Shown in pieces: positions 37,761 to 50,662 of a stretch of DNA of 64,000 nucleotides. The stretch lies in NCBI GenBank assembly GCA_963514005.1, contig OY740820.1, forward strand, positions 18,042,001 to 18,106,000, in the 5' to 3' direction. This DNA comes from Raja brachyura. Taxonomy: Eukaryota. Position numbers and translations under genes: made by a program. Within the stretch, counting starts at the first letter, position 1. Every line of letters starts with the position of its first letter. A model generated the notes under the pieces. That model was not told the origin of the DNA. It worked only from the letters and a program-made list of their open reading frames with translations, and made no database searches.

Positions 37761-38921
37761 GTAACCCTTCCTTGTCGTGGAGCCACATCCCCCTGTGCTC
37801 CATGAGCTTGCCATCAGACTTGGACTATAGACATACCAACAGTAAAGAGACTGCTTCTGAAATCTCTAAACTGGCAATTTATCCAATTGAAGTGTTGAGA
37901 GGGAGAGTCTTGCCAAAATAATATGGACTTATGATTTAATAGAACTTTTCTTGCACTTTATAATTATTCTTTCCTGAGAGGATTCCCTTCTTCAGCGGCA
38001 AACATTAGGTGACATAGCATCAAAATCTATATCTAACTCCACAATCAGTCTTTGGTTTGAATGAAGTCCCTGAGAACATTAAATTGCTACGCCTAGTAAA
38101 GGAAGGAGAGGCAAGCAACAAAAATGAATTGTGTTTTATGTTATGAACGTAACTGTGGTTGGAGTATTAAAAATAGAAAATATTGGAGACTGATCTACAG
38201 TGCAAATATAGAAATGAGGAACTGCAGATGCTGGTTTACACAAAAGGGCACAAAGTGCTGGAGTAATGCAGCAGGTAAGGCAGCATCTCTGGAGAACGTG
38301 GATAGGTGATGGGTTGGGACCCATCAGATTGATTGTGTGGGAAGGGGGAAGAGAGCTGGAAGTGAGGAGAGGCAGGAGAAGGTGTGGCAGGTGGACATAG
38401 GCGAGGAAGATTTAGATATGCAGATGTTTGGGACAAGACCATATTCACTCCAATCACATAGGCCAACAAACCCGAACTTGAATGGACAGCCAACCTGATG
38501 CTCACTGATAATAACCATATATAAATGTAACAGCACGCTATGTGGCTCTGAGCTCTCTGATCACTGAAAATTGTCACCCAAGTATAATGAGCGGTACTGA
38601 AAAGTGAAGTAAGATTGGAGGAGTGGTGATTTGAAGGTTGGGAGAAGCAACATATTTGCATATATGAGAAATAGGGTACCATAACATGAATTATGCGTCG
38701 GGACTAATCGAATGGCCTGGCCTAATGACACACCACTGTAACTGGAATATTGTTGAGACAGCACAAAAGTAGAGGTTTGTTAGACAACCATTCGGTTGAG
38801 AATAGTAGTGAGAAGACTCTAGTTGCTAGTCTACACGATTCCTCCTGCACCATTAAAGGTTGGAACATAAAGGCAACTTTTCATAGAATCGTAGCATCGA
38901 ACAGCTCCGATATGGCCCCTG

Positions 38922-39053
38922 TGTTAAAGAAGGAACTGCAGATGCTGGAAAATCGAAGGTAGACAAAAATGCTGGAGAAACTCAGCGGGTGAGGCAGCAT
39001 CTATGGAGCAAAGAAAATAGCCAACGTTTCGGGTCGTAACCCTTCTTCAGACT
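38922..39053 (-). mobile_element. Penelope-derived short element with intact hammerhead core (39023-39050)
   Basis: Minus strand CTGAAGAAGGGTTACGACCCGAAACGTT; flanked by the direct repeat cgatatggccc (probable TSD). Confidence 0.8.
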
Positions 39054-39479
39054 TCGATATGGCCCGTTTTGGCTCGCCTTACTCATGTCCGCTGTGATGC
39101 CTGTCAAGACTAATCACGGTTGCTCGCACTAGGTCCTTGTTCCTCGAAGCTCTTATCCAAGTACCTGTCCAAATCCTTTTGAACAGTTGTAATTTTATCT
39201 GCCTCTACCACCTCCTCTGGCAGCCTCCTCATCTACAGAGAGAAAAACCTAACCTTCAGTCTGTGTGACAAAAAGATTCCATCTATCCTATGTACATTCC
39301 TCATAATATTATGAATCTATACAAGGTCTTCTGTTTTTACTATTTTAAGAACATGTAAAAGAGTATGTTTTAGTGTTCCTTGGTTTGTTTCATGCGGGGC
39401 GGGGGGCTGGGGGAAACTTTTTTGAATCTCTTTCCGCGAAGGAGATGCGTTTTTTTTCCTATATCGTATCTCCGTTCCC

Positions 39480-39619
39480 TTCTTCTTCTTGCGTATGGCG
39501 TGCACAGCCGAAAGCTGTAGGACAACTTGTTCTATTTGATCTTATTTGATTGTGCACAGCGGGTTGATTGCATTAGTCGAAACAGGGCGTACCACGTGAA
39601 GGTTGCAATCTTCCACCCC
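39480..39619 (-). mobile_element. Short retroposon: HDV-like ribozyme head + short body + (GAA)n tail, copy 2
   Basis: 12-bp TSD ATCTCCGTTCCC (39468-39479) / ATCACCATTCCC (39620-39631), 2 mismatches; 5' end coincides with ribozyme G1. Confidence 0.85.
39566..39619 (-). ncRNA. Predicted minimal HDV/CPEB3-like self-cleaving ribozyme (54 nt)
   Basis: GGGGUGG-AA-GAUUGCA-ACC-UUCACGU-GGU-ACGCCCU-G-UUUCGA-CUAA-UGCAAUC; G1.U wobble and catalytic C present; one G.A mismatch at top of P1. Confidence 0.8.
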
Positions 39620-40559
39620 ATCACCATTCCCACTACGACCTAACATCGTGGAGTGGCGCGACCTTTCCTGGAGTCCAACACGGCGCTTCAACCGCGGGCG
39701 CAGCGCGGATATACTGGAACTGTGTGGAACTTCGCCGGGGATCGACTGTGGAGAGCTCCAACCGCGGGCCTGTGGACTTTAACATCGTGGAGCCCGCGGT
39801 CCCTGGTTAGAGACAGATTCGGGAGCTCCAAGCCGCGGAGAGTTTCAACCGTCCAGACGAGGGAGTTTCGATCACCCCGACACGACGGCTTCGGATCGCC
39901 AGCTGCAGGAGCTTTGATGGCCCCGACTGCGGATGGTTCGACAGCCCCGACCGCGGGAGAATAAAGAGGGAAAAAATTGAACTTTATTACCTTCCATCAC
40001 AGTGAGGAATATGGGGAGACACTGTGGTGGATGTTTATGTTAACTTTTATTATATGTGGCTGTGCGTCTTGTTGCTTTTCACTTAGTATGGCTGTATGGT
40101 AACTCAAATTTCACTGTACCTTAATTGATGCATGTGACAATAAGGTGACCTTGAAACCTTGAAGGTCACCCCTCAACCTCCTATGTTCCAGTGAGAATAA
40201 ACCCTGCCTATCCAATCTTTCATAATAACTACAGCCAAGTAGCATCCTGGTGAATCTCTGCTGCACGCTCTGCTGAATGACAGACATCCCATACTAAATG
40301 TCTGAACTGCCCGACGCTAAATATCACCTAGCCATATTTTCCAGAGATGCTGCCTGATCAGCACTTTGTGTCCTTTTGTGTATATCAGCCTCTGCAGATT
40401 ATTGTTTCTACATACCAAATTCCACCTTCACGCACCATCCATCTGTGTTTCCACTTTCAGGGACCTATGGACTTGGATCTCTTTACATCAATGGTTTTAA
40501 GGTTTCTGCCATTTACTCCATATGTCTGACCAGAGTTTGACTTTCTGAAGTGCATTAAA

Positions 40560-40900
40560 GCTCACAATTGGCTGGATCAAGTTCCACCTGCCATTGCGTC
40601 GCACACCCTTCCAGTTGATCCCAGCCGTGGCTTAAAGGAGACAGAGCAGACATGTAACGAGTAGCGTGAAGCAAGGATCAGTTGGACAACCCTCTTTGCT
40701 AACCACGACTCACCAATGTTTGTGTTGTCTGCAAACTTACCAATAAGACCATTTGCATTCTCATCCAAGTCACTAATGTGTATGAAAAAGAACAAATATC
40801 ACAGCACCAGTCGCAGTGGTACACAGACTTAGGGTTAGAAAATAACTCATCCATGACTACACTCTGCCTCCTATTATCAAGCCAATTTTGGATCCAGTTT
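40560..40900 (-). mobile_element. Degenerate CR1 RT fragment
   Basis: ORF 40577-40795 FIHISDLDENANGLIGKFADNT resembles FTIYINDLDEGIQCNISKFADDT of the 54489 ORF. Confidence 0.7.
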
Positions 40901-41585
40901 CTCTGTGACTGTCTGTGACCGTCTAGGCCAGAGTACTGTGGCAGATGTTGTGAGACATCTGCAGTGATTTCTGCAATGCCTTCTTCAATTTCTGAGTTAA
41001 CTTCTCAAAATTCCCAGTCAGCTTTGTGAGCCATGATCTCCCCTGCATGAGACTATGCTAACTTTTCAGAAAATAAATTCCTGCCTTGCTAAGTGAACCC
41101 AAATCCTGATCCATTTTTTTTCCCAACAACGACTGATGCAGTGGTCCATAGTTTCCAGGCTTATCATGATTGCCCCTCAGACTGAGGTCTGAAAAAGGGT
41201 CTCGACCCAAAACGTCACCTATACAATCATCTGGTCCACATCATGGAACTTCCTGCCCAACAGCATTGAGGGAGAACCATCACCAGAGGGACTGCAATAG
41301 GTCAAGAGCAATTAGAAGTTGTCTTTACCATCTGGCCCTGTTGGACACACCAAAACCTGGTGTGATTTCTTCCCACTGCGTGCCAAACGTATCGCTGGCA
41401 GTAAGTCTGTCAACTATAGACATACAGAATCAGTACATTCTTCCCAGTGGGAATGTGGACTCAAAGACTCTTCAAAGATGCACAGAATCTCTTGCCCAGA
41501 TTTCTGCAATGCCTTCTTCAATTTCTGAGTTAACATCTCAAAATTCCCAGCTGACTGGGAATTTTGAGATGTTAACTCAGAAGTT

Positions 41586-41871
41586 GAGGACCAGAGGACA
41601 TAGGTTCAAGGTGAAGGAGGAAAAGATTTAATAGGAATCCGAGGGGTAACTTTTTCACACAAAGGTGGGTGTGTGGAACAAGCTGCCAGAGGAGGTAGTT
41701 GAGGCTGGGACTATCCCAGCGTTTAAGAAACAGTTAGTCAGATACATGGATAGGACAGGTTTGGAGGGATATGGACCAAACGCAAGCAGGTGGGACTAGT
41801 GTAGCTGGAACATGTTGGCCGGTGTGGGCACGTTGGGCTGAACGGCCTGTTTCCACACTGTATCACTCTAT
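41586..41871 (+). mobile_element. CR1 LINE 3' fragment
   Basis: RTRGHRFKV..., tggaacaagctgccagaggaggtagttgagg, ggcctgtttccacactgtat tail. Confidence 0.85.
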
Positions 41872-42939
41872 GCCTCTATCCTTTTCTCCAGAGATGCTGT
41901 CTGACTCGCTGAGTTATTCCAGCTTTTTGTGTCTTATCTTCGGTTTAAAGCAGCATCTGCAGTTCCTTCTTACCAATCCCTTACCTTGCTTCCCATAACA
42001 TCCAGCACAACTACGATCCTGTATCTGTGCAGGTACCTGGGTTGCTTTTTTATCCCAACTCCAAAATCACTTCATTAAAAGCAACAAACAACAAAAAGAA
42101 TCTTTAAATTATTATCCATCTTTGGTGTTGCTGCCATGAATGAACATGATTAACAGAACAAATGTAGAGGTTCAGCAATCTCACCCACGTTGCAAAGCTG
42201 TTGTCAGGGGATGTTATTTGTCATTGTCAACGTGCATTTCGCTTTTCTGTTATTGTCCCAGTGCCCTCAACCACCTGATTGCATTTTCCTATAAATCCTA
42301 AAAGAACAAATTCACGCTAAACGCTTGAATCTTAACCATGAATTTGTGGCTCAGACTTCAGGATCTCATTTGTCTTTTTTTTTGAATGGAGGATATTAAG
42401 TAGATGTGCTCCGTGATTCGATGTGTCTCAGTCTTTTGACAGGGTCGTGGTCTCCCAGGGTCACTGGAAGGCCGTGATCCTCTGTCACCTTATTAAAAAG
42501 AGCTGTTAAAGCTGACATTGGTCATTAGCTTTGTGACATACTATCACGTTTTTCACTGCCACGCTGTTTGCGCCCCCTGTTTCTCCCTAATCAATAGTGT
42601 AAAGTGTGAGTGATACATTGAGAATACCTTTCAGAAAATTACAAGGTAATGATTCAGTCATGGGGTTCAGATTACAACATAACCTATAAGGGGGAAACAT
42701 GATTGCTTGTTACCCCGCTGATATGATATCACATTACACAATATGCAATGGATTAATTCACATCTTGTATACTGTAACATGCTCAACAGAAATCTTGATT
42801 TTATGATGGTTAATGAAGCCTATAAAATCCAGGAAAACTAACTTTGTGTGATAGACCTATATAACTATCCCCACATCTACTACAGAGGAGTAGAAAGTGT
42901 AATCTATGATTTTCCGTTGCACTTCCTATCTATACACCT

Positions 42940-43297
42940 CTTGATCTGGGTATAAAATCACAAGGGGAATAAATAGGGTGAATACACAGTCTTTTACCCA
43001 TTGTAGGAGAATCAAGAACCAGAGAGCAGAGGTTTAATGTAAGAAGGGGGAAAAAAAATTGGAACCTGAGGGGCAATTTTTTTTTTACCCCGCAGAGGGT
43101 GGTGTGTATATGGAATGAGTTGCCAGAGAAGGTTGTTGAGGCATGTACGATAACAACATTTGTAAGGCACCTGGAAGGTACATGGATAGGAAGGGTTGAG
43201 AGGGATATGGGCCAAATGTGGACAGGTGGGACTAACTTGGATGGGGCATCTTGGTCAGCGATGGCAAGTTGTGCCAAAGGGCCTGTTTCTGTGCTTT
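42940..43297 (+). mobile_element. CR1 LINE 3' fragment
   Basis: WNELPEKVVEA and tgggccaaatg...gggcctgtttctgtgct tail. Confidence 0.8.
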
Positions 43298-43813
43298 ATG
43301 TCTCTTTGAATTACCACACGTCCAGTTTTGCATTCATATCTCCGTAAAAGTAAAAAATGTGCCTTATTAAAGGTTTTCCTGTAAGTATGGAGGAATACTG
43401 ACTCCCAAAAGGTGGCTTTCATGTAGATGCGGGAATTGCGAGGTGAAAATAAGAATCTAAATGGCAAAATGCAGAATAAACACTTTGAAATGCAGAATAA
43501 CACAAATTCAATGATAAGTTGAATAATTTTCAAATATAATGTACAATCATTTTTACTTCAGTGATAAACACTAATAATTTGACCTTAAGCGTCATGAAAG
43601 CTGCATCTTGGATCACTGCGCTCTGCGCTTGTTCCCTCGTCCCTGTCCAATCTTCAGGAATTTTTTTTCCTGAATTCTTGTAACATTAAAGTGAGTAGGT
43701 AGTGTCGGCATATTCTGAAAATTGTGTCCTTTTGGTAGTCATGCATTTTTGTTTGCTAATTTTGCGCTGTTTATGCTCTGATCATTCTAAACTCATCAGT
43801 CTAAGCATTTTAA

Positions 43814-44145
43814 AGGGCCTGTCCCACTTACGTGATTTTATTCAGCGACTTGCCGGCACCCGTCATAGTCGCAGCAGGTGGCCTAAAGATGTCAAAATGT
43901 TGAAAATCCAGCGGCGACCAGAAAAAGGTACGACTCTTTGGGTGACTACTCACGACCAAACAGGCGCCATGTGTCAACATGTCACGGAGTGACGCCTGTA
44001 TGGCCGTGAGTAGTCGCCCAAAGAGTCGTATCTTTTTCTGGTCGCCGCTGGATTTTCAACATGTTGAACATTTTCGGCGACCTGCTGCAACTATGACGGG
44101 TACCGGCAAGTCGCCGAAAAAAATTGTGTAAGTGGGACAGGCCCT
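43814..44145. mobile_element. Harbinger-like MITE, near-perfect 332-bp palindrome
   Basis: TAA|AGGGCCTGTCCCACTTAC ... GTAAGTGGGACAGGCCCT|TTA; arms complementary over ~140 bp. Confidence 0.9.
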
Positions 44146-44639
44146 TTACCCTACCTTCAGGTACCTTTCCTGCATTGGTATTGATTTCTCATTGTCATGT
44201 GTGAAGCAATACAATGAAAAGCTTTGTTTTAAGCTACCCAGTCAAATCAGACTATGCATGAGTATAATCAAGCCATACACAGATACAGCAGATAGTGCAA
44301 AGAAAAAAATATCAGAGTGCAGAATATGATGTTTCAACATAATAGCATTACAGTTAGAGAAAGTGCAGATAAAACAAAGTCCAAGATTGATTGATTGCTA
44401 CTTTATTGTCACATGTACTATGCACAGTGAAATCCTCTATTTTGCCTACAATACACAAGCAAACAAAGAGTGGCCACGTATAGGGTGCCGACAACGTTAC
44501 AAAAGTATTCCATATAGTCCCGATGATCGCTCTTCCTTCTCGCCTCCCCTGCCTCCCCCAACCCGAGTCCCCTTTGTTCTCTGCAGTGTGGCAGGTTGGA
44601 AGATTAGGGCTACACCCTAGTTTACGGGAGTTATGGGAG

Positions 44640-45006
44640 TAAAGATTGTTAAGGGCTTGGACATGCTAGAGGCAGGAAACATGTTCCCGATGTTGGGGGA
44701 GTCCAGAACCAGGGGCCACAGTTTAATAATAAGGAGTAAGCCATTTAGAACGGAGATGAGGAAACACTTTTTCTCACAGAGAGTGGTGAGTCTGTGGAAT
44801 TCTCTGCCTCGGAGGGCGGTGGAGGCATGTTCTCTGGATGCTTTCTAGAGAGAGCCTGATAGGGCTCTTAAAAATAGCGGAGTCAGGGGATATTGGGAGA
44901 AGGCAGGAACGGGGTACTGACTGGGGATGATCAGCCATGATCACATTGAATGGCGGTGCCGGCTCGAAGGGCTGAAAGGCCTATTCCTGCACCTATCGTC
45001 TATTGT
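44640..45006 (+). mobile_element. CR1 LINE 3' fragment
   Basis: KGLDMLEAGNMFPMLGESRTRGHSL...FFSQRVVSLWNSLP. Confidence 0.9.
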
Positions 45007-47179
45007 AATCTGATAACAGCAAGAAGAGCGGAAAGGAATCTGAAGAAGTCTCCCGATGCGAAACGTCACCCATCCATATTCTCCAGAGATGCTGCTTGAC
45101 CTGCTGAGTTACTCCAGCACTTTGTGTCTTACAGCGGGAAGAAGCTGTTCCTGAATCAAGTGCTACGTGCTCTCAATTTTTTGTATCCCGCTTGACGGGA
45201 GAGGAGGGAAAAGTGAATGGGTGGTCCTTATTTATGTTGCTTGCTTTCCTGTGGCAGTGTGAAGTGTAAATAGAGTTGGTGGGAGGGAGGCTGGTTTGTG
45301 TGATAGACTGGGCTGTGTCCACAACCCTCTGCAATTTACTTCAGTGAAGAAAAAGTTTGTCGGGGAAAAAAATGATATTACTTAACAGGAAGTTTGTGCT
45401 GCCTGGCAGTACTGGCAGTACTTTATTAAACATTTCTCAAACTACACTGACACTTCCAATGCATAATCCAGATCTCTGTTCCTGTATGTCTTGAGAGCTG
45501 CACCATTTTATTTTGTGTCTCATTTATGCCAAAATTGTCACTTTATAATTCTTGGCATTAGATTTCCACATGGAAAATACATTTTTGCATTCATTATTTA
45601 CTGAGTAGATGATTCATTTTGACATCCCATAATACTCCGACCATCAGAGACCCCAGTCGGCAGCCAATTTGAGTTGCTCCATGTGATGTTTGCGAGTACT
45701 GACGTCAAAGGCGATGGAAGCAGACAACATCCCAACTGTAGATTCTCAGCTCTTTGTCCCATGTTTGCACCAAGGCTGTGATGAGGAAAATAATTTGTGC
45801 GTCCGATCCGGATTGTTCCAGTTATGGCATCGACCCGATAATGTGGAAACATTGCCCTGGTTTTAATGGAATATACTTACCACTAACCTACTCATCGATG
45901 CGTGGTGTGGGTTCCATCAAGATCATTGGGCTCCAGATCTCATCTTGGTCCTGCCCTCCTCCCTTCCAAGCTTCTCTCACCTAATCGCCCCACCCACAGT
46001 GTTTGATCACAGTGATTGATCCATTTACAACTCCTCATCAAATTATACACCCATGCCTTTATGCAGCAGGATCTGGGCAATATTTAGGCTTGGGTCATGA
46101 ATAGATTACATTGGGTGCCACAGATATGACCGGTAATGACCAACTCAACAAAAAGAACAAGAGTAACCACCTACCCTTGATGTGCAATGACTGTACCAGC
46201 ACTGAGACCCCACTGCCAGCATCCTGGGTGTCACAACTGGCCTGCAACTAAATGGACCAGGTACATAAATAACGTCTGTACAAGAGCAGGTACTCCCTCT
46301 GAGGTGAGTGACTCACTCCCTGACATCCCATCTACTATCTATCTACAAGACTGAAGTTTATTCTGCACTAACATTTTGTTTATTTTACACTCCTTTTTCA
46401 CCACCTTGTAGAGTTTCTGTGTAATATGTGCATAATTTATGTTTTTGTGTGTCATCTTAAGTTTACGTGCCTGTGATTCTGCTCCCAGCAAGATTTTCAT
46501 TGTACCTGTACTGCACTGCACTTGTGCATAATTAATTTTTGGTTAATTGATAAATAAACACCTTTTATGCTACATCTGCATTTATTGTATTTTAGCTATA
46601 TGGTCTAACAGCAGGCATTATGGCATGAGGCAAGTGTAATGAAGCAATTAAAACAAAAACACACAACAGGGCAATCAAACTGGATTATATACAGATGGAA
46701 AATGTGCCTGCAACCATTATATTAACAAATAACTGTCTCAACTTACTGACTCCATCGCCAGACCTCTTCCATAGCTCTCTAATGCTGTTCAAAGTTTCTA
46801 CGATGGAGGTAAAAGACAGATTCAGCTTGATTTTCAATTTATAACTCTTATTTAGTTATGGGTGAGATACTAAGTTTAAAGGCTTTAATTGACTTTCCGA
46901 GTTCCCAAGCTGGGTATATTATTGTGTTTTGGCAATAACTTAAATATTTCAGTGTGCTAAAACTGTCTCCCAATGCCCCTTTTGCTTAAAAATCTGGATT
47001 TGTTGGTTGGATTTGACTTTTGAGTATTTTGTCGACTGATGCTAGATAATGGACAAAACTGCAGTTTCTTTTCCACTAAAAGTTATTTTGCAATAATAAA
47101 TATAAGTTGAAGACTTTTTCCTTAAATATTTCATTTTAATTTTCATCTGGTTGGTTAGCCTGCACTAATTTGAGTTGAA

Positions 47180-47470
47180 TTGAATTGTAAGATACAGCAT
47201 GGAAACAGGCCCTTCAGCCCACCGAGTCCACGCCGACCATGGATCACCAGTTTACACTTGTTTTATGCTATCCCACTTTCGCATCCACTCCCTACGCACC
47301 AGGGGGCAATTTAAAGAGACCAATTAACCTACAAACCCACATGTCCGTGTAACTCGGGAGGAGTCCCACATGGTCATGGGGAGAACATGCAAACTCCACA
47401 CAGACAGCACCCAAGGACAAGATCGACCCTGGTTCTCAGGACCTGTGAAGCAGCGGCACTACCAACTGTG
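47180..47470 (-). mobile_element. HE1/V-SINE-like element (diverged)
   Basis: gatacagcatggaaacaggccctt tail and ggggagaacatgcaaactccacacagacag core. Confidence 0.75.
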
Positions 47471-49629
47471 CACTGATTTCCATTTAACCAATGGACTCTT
47501 CTGAGATTCGTAGTGATCATTCTCAGTGATGTCAGCTGAGTAGTTGTGCTGCCATTCATAAAATCACAGGGAAGAAGGGTGGTGGGAGGTGTCATTTGAG
47601 CCATCTTGTCTGTGCTAGCTCTTTGTATCCACTCGGATCACTGGGCAACATGATGTGCTATCACTTACATTGAACATAACGTATTTGGGAGTAGTCTTTT
47701 CATCTCTATCGCTGCCGTGTTTGTCACAATTGTTTATTCTAAGACAGGATGTTGAGGTAAAGCCTGAACAGAGCCAAAAATGTCCCGATTGATGGCATTT
47801 GACAATAATGGCTCATTCCATTCATAAATAGTGTCGAGGCACTTCATAAGAGTATTTTCAAATAAAATGTTGATGCTCAGGTGCAAGGTTGTTTTGGGGA
47901 AGATTAAACAACAACTTGGACAAAGAGGTAGAAGTAAAATAATTAAGAATTACATTTAAAAAAATGGGAGAACGACTCAAAAAGGGGCAATTACAAGTGG
48001 GAATGAGCAAGGGATGACTTTTTGAGCAATACAGTATTCTTGTAAGCTACTTGGCTGGAGTTAACTGGCTGGATATCAAAACAAGAATGAAATTTTAGAA
48101 TATTGGATCGATTTGCTATTAATTTGTTCAACTTTTACATATGCTTTGTTCATCAAAATTGTCAAAAAATATTTGGGACCGTGCCCATTTTGTAAATAAT
48201 TTCCATCCAATTATGCTTCCATGTTGAGCCTCAGGTTATCTTTTTATCTTTAAATGTGATATATAAATGGATGCAATATTAATTTGGCACAGAACAGAAA
48301 CTGCAATGCATACTCATTCTCCACTCTTGGAGCTGTGTGTTCTGCCAACATACTTCAACCTTTGTCTCCTGTTATTGGCAACATTCTATTCCAATACCAA
48401 AACAGTAGGGAGAAAATTACTAACTGCTGGTGATTCAATCTTCAAGCATTTTTTTTGTGTCAATCTTCCTGCTGGGTTCATTGAAGCATTTTATTTCAGT
48501 TGAGGATTTCCTTTTTGGCTGGTCAAAATCATATTTTTTTTAAATATATGTTGCTTCATAAGCCTATTGCGTAACCTTGTATTTCAGGAACAAGTCTGGT
48601 TACTAATTACTGTAGTGAATCAGGGAGTCATAATCCCCTAGATAGATACAAAATGCTGGAGTAACTCAGGAATGGTAGAGAAAAGGAATGGGTGACTTTT
48701 CGGGTTGAGTCCCTCCTTCACATTTCATAATGCATACTGATTTACTCTGAGTTACTCCAGCATTTTGTGTCTATCTTCAGTTTAAACCAGCATCTACAGT
48801 TCCTTCCTACACATAGATGGAGGCTATTTGTCCTGTCAAATCTATGTCAACTCTCCGATACCCATCTGTCCCATTACCCCTCTTATTTCTCTGTATTCAA
48901 TTTATTTCCCTAATCCCCTGCTATCTTTCCAGTGCGTCTCCCCTTTGTCTGCATACTTGTGCAGTGATTCTATACGTGCACTGCTGATATGAGTGACTTG
49001 GTACCAAATTACGTTGTAGTACTGTAGGGCGTTCCCAGCGCAAGGCCCGATGAAGCTTGATGTTTAGGTGACAGCTTTCACCTGTTGATCTGGACAAGTT
49101 GGAGCCAAACGCAGCAGTGGTGCCCCTTATCTGTGGAAGTTGCGGCTGTTCACCAGTGTAAACAAGACAGATGGAGGCTGTTGTTTTTATTAAGCAGCAG
49201 GACTACGTCTTGTAAAGATTCCAGCATTTCTTCGACAAAGTCTCAAAGTAGCCTAGAAGATTAGTTCAAGATTCAAGAGAGTTTATTGTCATGTGTCCCA
49301 GATAGGACAATGAAATTCTTGCTTTGCTTCAGCACAACAGAATATTGGCGAGCAAATGGACTTTCAGAATTCAAATAATTGTTTGGTAGAATAGTATATT
49401 GTTTATTTGCAAAACAGCTTAGAATATTATTTATTTTTAATCTGATATGTATGAGGAATTGTTAAGTAATTTTTTATAAGTTCATTGCAAGTGGTTCCAA
49501 GAGACCATTGATTTATATCACGTGTGAACTTTGTTAGTAAATATATCTCCTTTTGATGGGATTATCATCAAAATGGTCGAGGTACAAGATCAGCAATACA
49601 AGAAAAATGATGTTCAATTAAACCACTTG

Positions 49630-49946
49630 TTTAGTATAATTTAGAGATATAGCATGGAAGCAGCCCCTTGGCCTACTGAGTCCACACTGACCATCAATCA
49701 CCCATACACTAGTTCTACCTAATCCCAGTTTTGCATCCTGCAACTAGGGGCAATTTACAGAAGTTAATTAAGCTACAAACCTGCTCCACTTTGGAATGTG
49801 GGAGGAACCCAGAGCACCCGGAAGAAACCCACGTGGTCACAGGAGGAAAGTACAAACTCCACACAGGCAGCGTCCATATTCAGGATCAAACCCGGGTCTC
49901 GGGTACTGTAAGGCAGCAGTTCTACCGCTGCGCCACTGTGCCACCC
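49630..49946 (-). mobile_element. HE1/V-SINE-like element
   Basis: Family motifs, ends ctaccgctgcgccactgtgccaccc. Confidence 0.8.
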
Positions 49947-50662
49947 TATGTGCTGTTTCAAATGGTAAATGTACTTCCAACTGTTCTTTATATTCCTTCA
50001 CCCTGCATAGAGAACTTACATGAAACATATATAGATTTATAGGCAATAACAAACAGCTGAAAAGTTAGCACACAAAATTTAATAACTTTTCTTCTAGTTA
50101 CTTATTACTTAATCCTGGAAAGTTTATTTACCATTGGTGTCAATTTTCAATTAGCTGTGCTTATGTACGATCACGTTTTGGAAATGCCTATATCAAAAAT
50201 TGTTTGCTTAGTTAAACAGAAGTTTAGTTTTAATCAGGTTAGCATATATTTTCTCATCTCAACCACCCCCACTTTTGTTTTCTCTGGGGTTTTAGTGAAT
50301 TCTTCTGATGCCCTGGTCGAGCTTTGCATGATAATTTTAAAGTCTGTCCGTAGATCAACACTAAAACTACCATCTCGACAGTCAGGATCTGTTCTCGGTT
50401 GTACTTGCGGGACAGTGGGAGGGCTGGAATGCTTCTCAGCCTTGGGAATGTTAAGCCTGTTCTCATTATCCATGTTAATGTTAATATGGGAAACATAAAC
50501 ATCCAAAGTTTCTGATTTTAAAAAAGATGCAAAGTGCTGGAGTAACTCAGCGAGTCGGGCAGCATGAAAGATGTTACTCCAGCACTTTGTGTCTTTTTCT
50601 TTTTGTCAACCAGCATTCCCAGTTCCTTGCTTCTACAAGGTTGCTGATTATGGTTTAACTCT

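Larger units (their letters stand above)
39340..40163 (+). mobile_element. Unclassified GC-rich interspersed repeat (probably non-LTR derived) hosting the second HDV-headed element
   Basis: 3' part (ccttccatcacagtgaggaat...tttcactgtaccttaattg...accttgaaacctt) recurs at ~61325-61473; CpG-rich internal sub-repeats. Confidence 0.6.
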
